A stretch of DNA of 32,000 nucleotides from Demequinaceae bacterium (GTDB taxonomy: Bacteria > Actinomycetota > Actinomycetes > Actinomycetales > Demequinaceae), in assembly GCA_965250005.1 (NCBI GenBank), contig OZ252279.1, positions 840,001-872,000 on the forward strand. The letters are read 5' to 3'. Under the pieces are notes generated by a model. The model ran no database searches. It was not told the DNA's origin and was given only the letters and a program-made list of their open reading frames with translations. How positions within the stretch are numbered: the stretch's first letter is position 1; each line of letters opens with the position of its first letter. Both the position numbers and the translations under genes were made by a program. Shown here piece by piece: positions 25,140 to 32,000 of this stretch.

Positions 25140-26747
25140 CTATTTGGCGGCGACGCCCGCGTGAATCAACCCGTAGGTGAGCGCTTCGGTGAGCGCCTCC
25201 CATGAGGCCTCGATGACGTTGGGGCCTACACCCACCGTGCGCCACCGGCCACCGGCCTCGGTGTCGATTGTGGTGATGAGGACGCGCGTGACGGCGTCCG
25301 TGCCGTGGGACGCGTCCAGGATTCGCACCTTGAAGTCGGACAGCTCAAAGCGGTTGATCTCCGGGTAGAAGCCTTCGACGGCCTGGCGCAGCGCGTGGTC
25401 GAGCGCGTTAACGGGGCCATTGCCCTCGCCGGTAGTGACAACCCGCTCGCCTCCGGCGACCATCTTGACGATAGCGTCGGCGTCCGCTTGCGTCGGGTCG
25501 TCCGCGGCGGTCTCGACATTGCAACGCCACGACTCCGTCTTCCAGTACTGCGGGCGGTCGCCCATCTCCTCGCGCAGCAACAACTCGAAAGACGCGTCGG
25601 CGGCGTCGAAGGTGTACCCGGATGCCTCGGCGTTCTTGACGCGCTCAGTCACTCGGCCCAGAAGCTCCTTCTGGCCAGCAAGATCGAACCCGAGCTCCTT
25701 GCCCTTCAGCTCGATCGACGCGCGGCCGGCCATCTCCGAGACCAACATGCGCATGGTGTTGCCCACGTAGGCGGGCTCCGTGTGCTGGTACAGGTCCGGA
25801 TCCACCTTAATGGCGCTCGCGTGGAGGCCGGCCTTGTGCGCGAATGCGCTGGCGCCCACGTACGGCTGGCGAGCGTACGGAGTGATGTTGGTGATCTCGC
25901 TGACCGCGTGCGAGATGCGTGCAGCGTCCTTGAGGCCGTCGCCCTTGAGTGCGACCATGCCACGTTTAAGTGCGAGGTTCGCCAGCACCGAGACGATGTC
26001 TGCGTTGCCCGTGCGCTCGCCATAGCCGTTGACGCATCCTTGAACGTGCGTGGCGCCTGCGGCCACGGCCGCCATCGAGTTGGCGACCGCGCAGCCCGAG
26101 TCGTTGTGCGCGTGCATGCCGAGCGCCGCATGCTTCTGCGCCGCAGTCTTGGCGACGACGGCCGCGACGATGCTCTGGACGTCGTCCGGGAGCATCCCGC
26201 CGTTGGTGTCGCACAGCACCAGGGTGTCGGCTCCGGCTTCGGCGGCGGCGAGTAGCGCCTTCACCGCGTAGTCAGGATCAAAGTTATAGCCGTCAAAGAA
26301 GTGCTCGGCGTCGAGGATCACCCGGCGGTCGTGCTCCACCAGAAGGGCGACGGTGTCACGGATCATCTCAAGGTTGTTCTCGCCCGTGGTCTTGAGCGCG
26401 CGCTCGACGTGGCGGATGTCCGACTTTGCGACGAGCGTGATGATGGGCGCCTCGGAATCGAGCAGCGCACGCACCTGCGCGTCGGCCGATGCTGTGGTGT
26501 CGGCCTTGCGCGTCGACCCGAACGCGGCAAACTGCGCGTTCTTGAATTCGAGTTCTTTGTGCACGAGTGCGAAAAACTCCGTGTCCTTGGGCACTGCGCC
26601 GGGCCAGCCGCCCTCGATGATTCCCACGCCTAGCTCGTCGAGAAGTGGCGCGATGGCCATCTTGTCCGCCACAGAGAGGTTCATGCCCTCTTGCTGCGCA
26701 CCGTCGCGAAGGGTGGTGTCGTAGACCTCGATCTGCTGTCCAGCCAT
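25140..26747 (-). CDS. cimA: Citramalate synthase (LeuA/CimA family)
   Basis: 535 aa. YDTTLRDGAQQEGMNLSVADKMAIAPLLDELGVGIIEGGWPGAVPKDTEFF is the CimA-type N-terminus. HAHNDSGCAVANS metal site. C-terminal LeuA-dimer-like regulatory domain. AGAAGGA SD upstream. Confidence 0.88.
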   Translation of the reverse strand: MAGQQIEVYDTTLRDGAQQEGMNLSVADKMAIAPLLDELGVGIIEGGWPGAVPKDTEFFALVHKELEFKNAQFAAFGSTRKADTTASADAQVRALLDSEAPIITLVAKSDIRHVERALKTTGENNLEMIRDTVALLVEHDRRVILDAEHFFDGYNFDPDYAVKALLAAAEAGADTLVLCDTNGGMLPDDVQSIVAAVVAKTAAQKHAALGMHAHNDSGCAVANSMAAVAAGATHVQGCVNGYGERTGNADIVSVLANLALKRGMVALKGDGLKDAARISHAVSEITNITPYARQPYVGASAFAHKAGLHASAIKVDPDLYQHTEPAYVGNTMRMLVSEMAGRASIELKGKELGFDLAGQKELLGRVTERVKNAEASGYTFDAADASFELLLREEMGDRPQYWKTESWRCNVETAADDPTQADADAIVKMVAGGERVVTTGEGNGPVNALDHALRQAVEGFYPEINRFELSDFKVRILDASHGTDAVTRVLITTIDTEAGGRWRTVGVGPNVIEASWEALTEALTYGLIHAGVAAK

Positions 26748-26797
26748 GGTGTCCTTCTCTCTTCAGACGGCTCGCCCGCGATGCACGCCGCTCCAAT

Positions 26798-26885
26798 AAA
26801 AAAACCTCCCAGCATGGGGAGGTTGCGCGTCTGCCAAAAGGCTGACGCGCTACTGAATAATGGTCGCGGTGTGCATCACGTTCAT
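26798..26885 (-). promoter_or_regulatory. Candidate leader-peptide transcription attenuator of cimA
   Basis: Minus strand, in order: an 11-codon ORF MNVMHTATIIQ (26885-26850); hairpin GCGCGUC.GCC-UUUU-GGC.GACGCGC (26850-26825); hairpin AACCUCCC-CAUGCU-GGGAGGUU plus U7 (26824-26798). It ends 50 nt before the cimA ATG. Confidence 0.4.
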
Positions 26886-27035
26886 TGTGGCACAACGCGC
26901 GGTGCGATGGGTAGCGATTGGCGTGCAACCTCAATGGTGGCCGCATGTTGGTGGCCCGCCTGGACGCTCGGATCGAATCCTCCTCACCATGGGGCGCGAA
27001 TCCGATCTAACCTGTAGCGGAACTGGGAGGCGGGC

Positions 27036-27598
27036 TTGGCGCTACCATGGCCGGAAATCATGGGCGAGCTCGCGAACGAGCGAGGGCGGCAATTGTTTGG
27101 CTACGCCTACTTGCTCACGGGTTCGGCCGCGGACGCCGACGACCTGGTCCAGGCCGCATTCGTAAGGGAATTCTCCGCTCGTCGCTCCTGGCCCCACGGG
27201 GCGACACCCGAAGCCAACGTGCTGCGCGCCATCCGTACCCTCTGTATCGACCTCAAGCACCTCGCCCGCAGAAGCCACGGAGATCGCGACACCAAAGCGG
27301 ATCAACCCCTGCCCCCTCCCACACCGGGTGTGCACAAGCGGCCCGCGCTCGAGAATGCCCTCGCGTTGCTCAGCCCCCCGAGCGCACATGCGTAGTGATG
27401 CGATTCCTCGACGACATGACCTCGCAAGCGATCTCTACCGAGCTTGGCCTTACACCCGCAGCTGTCCGCGAGCACGTGAGCGACGGCGTGAAGCGCCTGG
27501 AGCAGGCGCTTGGAGATCTGGGGCTAACCGTGGATGACGTCTTCCATGGCGGCACCGAAACCGTGCTGGTAGTCACTCGAAAGGTGGCGACCTCATGA
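27036..27598 (+). pseudogene. ECF sigma factor, module E, interrupted by a frameshift in a C6 run
   Basis: Region 2 is in the frame of 27036 (TTG, GGGAGG 5 nt upstream): RQLFGYAYLLTGSAADADDLVQAAFVREF ...ALALLSPP, then a stop at 27393. Region 4 is in the -1 frame: PPERTCVVMRFLDDMTSQAISTELGLTPAAVREHVSDGVKRLEQAL. The junction is at CCCCCC 27374-27379. Confidence 0.8.
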
Positions 27599-28560
27599 CG
27601 GCACAACTTGACCTGAAACGCGTCGCCGCCGCCGGCGAAGACCTGTACGACGAATCTCAACTTGCCCGCGGCATCGGCCCACTAGAGGCGAGGATTCGGA
27701 AGGGGCGAAGGACGCGCGCCGCCGGGCCCGCCGCGCTGGCACTCGCGGCGCTGGCCCTCGCGGCGGCACAATTGATGCAGGCCGCGCCGCCCACTGCCGA
27801 CGAGTTGCCGTTCACAGGCAGAATCCCGCCCGTGGAGTCCACGGTGGTCGCGATTCTCGCCGACCGACTGATCCCCTGGGATGGCGAATCCCCGGGACAG
27901 CGGCTTGCGATTTGCGAGCGGGCCGCAAACCCCAGAGCCAACGTTGACGTGCCGATCGGCTGGAACGGAGACGTCTCGCGCACCACCACATCGCTCGCTG
28001 AGAATGGGGCGCTCACATGCGAGCACATGGTCTTGCCCGGCGAGAATGTGATCGCGGCCACGGCGCGCGTCGACCTCAACTCGACAACGCAGCAGGCATC
28101 CGTGCAATTCACCATCACCAACCTGACGGCGTCCACGCTACAGATCAACGGCGTTTCCCCAACCGCGATCGTGTTCCTGCCGGGCGCACGGAGCGGCTCC
28201 ACACTAATGGGATTCGGCGGCGAACCAGCGAGCCGAGGCTGGAACGTGGTCGTTGTGAGCGACGACGTTGTCCCGTTCGACCCATACCTGCCCCACATCA
28301 TCGGCGACTCGAACCGCGCGTTGGACGCCGGCGAGACTTCTACGTTCACGTTTCTCGAGCGCGACCATAGTTCCACCCAGTTCCGCGAATCCCGACTGCG
28401 CCCCTTCATCCCCTGGCTGGCCGCCGCGCTGGCGACACCTGAGCTGATTGAGATATCTGTCTCGGTTCAACTTGCTCGTGGCTACGTGCCCGGAGTCGAG
28501 GAGGCGACGTTGTTCGAGCTGAACGTCGGCGAGGTATATGTGGATGGAGCGCCCGTCTAG
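27595..28560 (+). CDS. Sigma-coupled single-pass membrane protein, non-repeat ectodomain (module E partner)
   Basis: 321 aa. ATGA overlap with the sigma E stop (27595-27598). Short N-terminal segment, one TM (AAGPAALALAALALAAAQLM), then a ~240-aa beta-rich-looking domain with no tetrad repeats. Confidence 0.7.
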   Translation: MTAQLDLKRVAAAGEDLYDESQLARGIGPLEARIRKGRRTRAAGPAALALAALALAAAQLMQAAPPTADELPFTGRIPPVESTVVAILADRLIPWDGESPGQRLAICERAANPRANVDVPIGWNGDVSRTTTSLAENGALTCEHMVLPGENVIAATARVDLNSTTQQASVQFTITNLTASTLQINGVSPTAIVFLPGARSGSTLMGFGGEPASRGWNVVVVSDDVVPFDPYLPHIIGDSNRALDAGETSTFTFLERDHSSTQFRESRLRPFIPWLAAALATPELIEISVSVQLARGYVPGVEEATLFELNVGEVYVDGAPV

Positions 28561-28773
28561 GCGACCTCGGTCAGCACCTTCTGCGCGCGGCTGGGTGCCG
28601 CCGATGACCGTTGCGAGAGCGGACAGGCAGGCGGACTCGGACTCGGTGCCGTTTTCCGCAATGCTGTGGGCGGTGTTTCACAGGAAGCTGTGAAGGTTCG
28701 TGATGGTGTTCCTCTCGGTCGTCATGCCTTGAGGTTCGCAGCTAGGTATGTGACAACCCGTGTGACGGACTCT

Positions 28774-29349
28774 CTATTTGTGGACGATTCCGCCGGTGTT
28801 GAGCGCTTTGCGCTTGAGTTTCCAGTCCGGCAGGGCGCGGTCCATGACCGCGTAGAAGCGCGTGTTGTGGCCTCGCTCGATGAGGTGGGCGAGCTCGTGG
28901 ACCACCACGTACTCGAGCAGTTCGGGCTCGCGGCGCGCAAGTTCGAGGTTGAGGGTGATCCGCTTGGCCTGGACGTTGCAGGTGCCCCAGCGGGTGGTCA
29001 TACGGCACACGGTGAATGCCGGGACCTCGACACCGACTATCGTCGCCCAGTGCTCGATCAGCGGCGGGATAGCGCGCTTGAGTTCACGGCGCAGGCGGTT
29101 GGCTTCGGGACCAGGTTCGAGCGGAGCAGGCTGGAGGGCGATGCGCTGCCGGTGCTTCTCGATCCACGTGGCCTTGGACGCGACGAACGCACGCACGGCT
29201 CGCTCACTCACGTGCCAGGGCGCGGTTACTACGACTTCGCCGTCAGGTGCGCGCACCTTGAGGTTGATGTTCTTAACGGCCTTGCGCGTCAGCGTGACGT
29301 GGAAGGGGTCGAACGCCGTCGGAGCTAGCGTGTCTGGGCCGTTGGTCAT
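28774..29349 (-). CDS. YgjP-like M48-family metal-dependent hydrolase (DUF45)
   Basis: 191 aa. TTRWGTC and VVHELAHLIERGHN (HExxH) blocks characteristic of YgjP/DUF45 proteins. Confidence 0.85.
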   Translation of the reverse strand: MTNGPDTLAPTAFDPFHVTLTRKAVKNINLKVRAPDGEVVVTAPWHVSERAVRAFVASKATWIEKHRQRIALQPAPLEPGPEANRLRRELKRAIPPLIEHWATIVGVEVPAFTVCRMTTRWGTCNVQAKRITLNLELARREPELLEYVVVHELAHLIERGHNTRFYAVMDRALPDWKLKRKALNTGGIVHK

Positions 29350-29427
29350 GATGCGTCAAGCGTAAGCTGCGGGGCGGACAAGGCCATGCCGCAACGGCAC
29401 TCACCGCGCCGACGCCCAGTCAAACCC

Positions 29428-30075
29428 CTAGACCTGTTCCACGCGTTCCGCGTTAGCGGCAAGTGCGCGTAATTCGTCCGCGGTGGTGCGGACTCCGTAC
29501 GAGTTGGTGTCGCGCTCGACTCGCCAGCTCGCCGTGAGCGGGCCCAGGTCCACGGTGTCATAGCCGAGAGCGTCGAGGAACGCGGCGGCAGACGCCTTGG
29601 CTGCGTCGTCGTTGCCTGCGATGGGCAGGGCGCGTCGGTTGGGGGTGCCCGAGGGTGTGCCGTCCGTCGGGATCTGCTTGGCGTAGATGCTGTTGAAAGC
29701 CTTCACCACCTGAGACTCGGGCAGGTGCTCCTGCAGCAGCTCGGAGGTGGTGGATTCGTTGTTGTCGAGTGCGGGGATCCGGTCGTCGCGGCCCGGGTAG
29801 TAGTTGTTCGCGTCGAGCACCACCTTGCCCCTGAGCGGCTCCACGGGAATTGAGGCGCGGTGTTTGAGCGGCACAGCCACGAGGACGAGGTCGCCAGCCT
29901 CGGCTGCCTCGTGCGGCGTCGCGGCGCGGGCGCCAGCGCCCAGGTCCTCCACGAGCTCCGCGAGCGTCTCTGGCCCCCGCGAATTGCTAATTACCACGTC
30001 GAACCCGTGAGTGAGCGCCGCGCGTGCGACATTGCTGCCAATGTTTCCTGCGCCGATGATTCCCAGTGTTTTCAT
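29428..30075 (-). CDS. NADP/F420-type dinucleotide-binding oxidoreductase (COG2085, F420_oxidored-like)
   Basis: ORF 29428-30345 trimmed to MKTLGIIGAGNIGSNVARAALTHGFDVVISNSRGPETL (Rossmann GxGxxG at the N-terminus, ATG 30073-30075). VVKAFNSIYA and PIAGNDDAAKA blocks. The upstream (RSPP)n extension is rejected. Confidence 0.8.
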   Translation of the reverse strand: MKTLGIIGAGNIGSNVARAALTHGFDVVISNSRGPETLAELVEDLGAGARAATPHEAAEAGDLVLVAVPLKHRASIPVEPLRGKVVLDANNYYPGRDDRIPALDNNESTTSELLQEHLPESQVVKAFNSIYAKQIPTDGTPSGTPNRRALPIAGNDDAAKASAAAFLDALGYDTVDLGPLTASWRVERDTNSYGVRTTADELRALAANAERVEQV

Positions 30076-30121
30076 GCTGGGCTCAACCCCAGCGGGGGCC
30101 GGGTCATTCCGCGCCCTAGTT

Positions 30122-30319
30122 CTGCGAGGCGGACTGCGAGGCGGACTGCGAGGCGGACTGCGAGGCGGACTGCGAGGCGGACTGCGAGGCGGACTGCGAG
30201 GCGGACTGCGAGGCGGACTGCGAGGCGGACTGCGAGGCGGACTGCGAGGCGGACTGCGAGGCGGACTGCGAGGCGGACTGCGAGGCGGACTGCGAGGCGG
30301 ACTGCGAGGCGGACTGCGA
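30122..30319. repeat. Perfect 12-bp tandem array, 16.5 copies
   Basis: The plus-strand unit ctgcgaggcgga is repeated 16 times without substitution, plus ctgcga. Minus-strand frames read (SQSA)n, (RSPP)n and (RLAV)n. The SQSA frame is a self-contained 72-aa ORF (30116-30334). Confidence 0.97.
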
Positions 30320-30355
30320 CATGCTTGCGAGCATTGCGTACCCAAAGTGGAAGTT

Positions 30356-30682
30356 TTACCCTCTCAACTCAACGCCGCCCGAGTAGGTTGGCAAAACCAG
30401 GTGTTCCGAGGCGCCGCAAGGTCCGACCGCCAGCGACCAGTTGACCCGGTGCATCCACCCAAACTTGTCCTCAACGGGCCCGAACTGAATGCCGATCAAT
30501 CGGGCATTCACACCACGCCCAACACGCGCCCTCACGTGAACGCTATGAACGCTTTGCCACAGCCCAATCTGCCACTCACGCGCCGGTTGCTCATCGGCCA
30601 CCAGCCGCCAATACCCGATGATCTCGTTTGACGTCCTTGTCACTTTCGCCAAGACAACAAGACAACAAGAGCACCAACGCAT
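30356..30682 (-). CDS. Hypothetical Trp-rich small protein (weak call)
   Basis: ORF 30356-30847; only the part downstream of Met 30682 avoids the kinase start. EIIGYWRLVADEQPAREWQIGLWQSVH...GWMHRVNWSLAV is not low-complexity. However, third-position GC is only moderate and equals that of the antisense frame. Confidence 0.25.
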   Translation of the reverse strand: MRWCSCCLVVLAKVTRTSNEIIGYWRLVADEQPAREWQIGLWQSVHSVHVRARVGRGVNARLIGIQFGPVEDKFGWMHRVNWSLAVGPCGASEHLVLPTYSGGVELRG

Positions 30683-30725
30683 ACGCTGAAGGGGCAACGC
30701 CTCCCCGAAGGCATGAGGAGTCACC

Positions 30726-32000
30726 ATGGTGGCAGAGCGCAAGCGGCACGGCGCAGTGCCATTCGCAACACGAGCCGCCGCGCCACTGGCCACCCTTGTG
30801 TTGTTGCTGGCGGCGGACCTCGCAATCCCCGAGAGTTTCTGGCCCACCGTTCTTTACGGCGTCGTCGTGCTAGGCACCAGCCTCACCCGTCGAGTCTCGA
30901 TCGTTGCTATCGCCGTCATATTCGCGCTTACGGCGACCACAGCGGTCGGAGTCGCTAGTGCCGCGTCTGCACCAGGATTCATATCCTCCTCTGAGTTTGC
31001 TGGCCGCGTCGCCGTCGGCATCACCATTCTTCTGATCTACCCGCTATCGATCCAGCTGACACGCGGACTGCTCGCGCCGCCCGGCTACCCCTCCAAGTTT
31101 GCGCGCGACTTCCTCGCCGCTTCCCCGGACTCGAACGGCAGCGATCCGTCGCTCGACGCACGGTCGAAGACGCGCTTCACCACCCCCGCTGGCGACTACA
31201 CGGCGGAACTTGAGCACAGGCTAGGACGATTGCTAGAGGTCCTGCCGATCATGGTGTGGACCGCCAAACCGACAGGCGAGATCGATTTCGTCAATGAGGC
31301 TGGCACCGACTACTTTGGCTTGCCTGCGGAAGAGATCCTGGGGGAAAAATGGTTGTCGCTATTGCACCCGGATGATCGCGAGCAAACTCTGGCCAAGTGG
31401 GCATCGTCGATCGAGACGGGCGCGGCTTACGCAGTGCACCATCGTTTGCGTTCGCGCGACGGCGTATATCGGTGGTTCGCTGCCCGCGCGCTCGCCGAGA
31501 AGGACACCTCCGGAACAGTGGTGCGCTGGTGGGGTACCACAATAGACGTGCACGAAGAACGCGAGCGCGCGGCTGACGTGAGGCGCGTCCTGGACGCCCG
31601 CGAGCGCATCCTCGAAAACATCGGCGACGGCGTCGCAGAACTCGATCACGACTGGCGTATTGCCTTCGTCTCAGAGCAGGGCGCCGCTCTGATGGGCGCC
31701 ACGGTCGAGCAGCAGCAGGGCCGGATCTTGTGGGAGCTCAGCCCCGAGATGAAGGGGACGATTCTCGAGACAGAGTACTTAAAGGCGGTAGAGACCAGAC
31801 AACGGACCAAGTTCTCCATCCACAATCCGCTTTATGGCAAGTGGCTCGAGGTGACCGCGACGCCGACCGAGCACGGCCTCACCGTCGCGTATCGAGACAC
31901 CACCGAGACTCGAGAACTCCAAGCCAGTTTGCAGCAGGCGCAGCGACTCGAATCTGTGGGACAACTCACCGGTGGCATTGCCCACGATTTCAACAATCTC
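30726..32000 (+). CDS. Membrane-anchored PAS-PAS sensor histidine kinase (runs off the right edge)
   Basis: Absent from the ORF track because there is no stop in the window. ATG 30726 with GAGGAG 6 nt upstream. Several N-terminal hydrophobic segments (about 3-4), PAS-like LPIMVWTAKPTGEIDFVNEAGTDYFG...YRWF, a second PAS ILENIGDGVAELDHDWRIAFVSEQ, then H-box LESVGQLTGGIAHDFNNL at the window end. Confidence 0.85.
   Translation, partial: MVAERKRHGAVPFATRAAAPLATLVLLLAADLAIPESFWPTVLYGVVVLGTSLTRRVSIVAIAVIFALTATTAVGVASAASAPGFISSSEFAGRVAVGITILLIYPLSIQLTRGLLAPPGYPSKFARDFLAASPDSNGSDPSLDARSKTRFTTPAGDYTAELEHRLGRLLEVLPIMVWTAKPTGEIDFVNEAGTDYFGLPAEEILGEKWLSLLHPDDREQTLAKWASSIETGAAYAVHHRLRSRDGVYRWFAARALAEKDTSGTVVRWWGTTIDVHEERERAADVRRVLDARERILENIGDGVAELDHDWRIAFVSEQGAALMGATVEQQQGRILWELSPEMKGTILETEYLKAVETRQRTKFSIHNPLYGKWLEVTATPTEHGLTVAYRDTTETRELQASLQQAQRLESVGQLTGGIAHDFNNL

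Noticed and set aside
26969-26989. tRNA-like T-loop word (GGATCGAATCC ... CACCA) in the cimA / sigma E intergenic region, as a possible tRNA fragment or att site.
   Set aside because: The flanks cannot form a 5-bp T-stem or an acceptor stem, and there is no similarity to the 3' ends of the two tRNAs in the window.
30116-30334. (SQSA)16 micro-ORF as a multi-core RiPP precursor acting with the neighbouring F420-type reductase.
   Set aside because: There is no leader-like region, no Cys/Thr pattern, and no dehydratase, cyclase, protease or transporter nearby. The reductase belongs to the NADP-F420 oxidoreductase-like fold rather than a known RiPP tailoring family. The idea is too speculative to report as a finding.
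30076-30345. (RSPP)16 read as an N-terminal extension of the COG2085/F420-type reductase (track ORF 29428-30345).
   Set aside because: It needs a TTG start with no SD. The repeat frame has only about 50% GC at third positions. The Rossmann GxGxxG motif sits at the very N-terminus from the ATG at 30075, as in family members I know.
30683-30847. Upstream part of minus ORF 30356-30847, including a Met whose ATG shares the CCATGG palindrome with the kinase start at 30726.
   Set aside because: It overlaps the well-supported kinase start and its SD on the opposite strand. The sequence there is low-complexity (antisense of the caagacaa repeats). Only the downstream part is kept, as a weak CDS call.

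Overview
High-GC actinobacterial chromosome segment; the gene order looks Micrococcales/Corynebacteriales-like, which is inference from synteny only. The backbone is conserved housekeeping. On the minus strand it runs thiL (partial), a lipoprotein, ddl, gpsA, plsC, murA, leuD and leuC, with DUF3515 (+) and a divergent IclR regulator (+). It continues with tRNA-Glu, tRNA-Gln, a HAD hydrolase, gltX and an FAH-family hydrolase. To the right are a DUF418 membrane protein, ybaK, yggS, a lipoprotein, a VIT1/CCC1 transporter, cimA, a YgjP-type metallopeptidase, a COG2085/F420-type reductase, and a membrane PAS-PAS histidine kinase that runs off the right edge. Accessory material is embedded in this backbone. 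(1) Four consecutive ECF-sigma plus single-pass membrane partner modules (8.8-15.8 kb) are interleaved with the two tRNA genes. Three are close paralogues, translationally coupled by ATGA/TGATG overlaps. Their partners have very acidic Gly-aromatic tetrad-repeat ectodomains and perfect 12-bp tandem arrays, (NDEP)14 and (GNAQ)6. Two of the sigma genes have perfect TGTGA-N6-TCACA boxes upstream. (2) A fifth paralogous module at 27.0-28.6 kb has its sigma gene split by a frameshift in a C6 run. (3) A solitary ParB/AIPR-like gene (16.4-17.8 kb) looks lower in GC by eye, is bracketed by hairpins, and abuts a truncated HAD remnant; it is a candidate inserted defence gene. (4) A perfect 16.5-copy 12-bp array (30.1-30.3 kb) forms a repeat-only (SQSA)16 micro-ORF upstream of the reductase. 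(5) A candidate leader-peptide attenuator (MNVMHTATIIQ, then a hairpin, then a hairpin with U7) lies in front of cimA. The sigma/tetrad-repeat partner cassette family is my best candidate for an undescribed system. All functional calls rest on motif recognition by eye; no database search was run.
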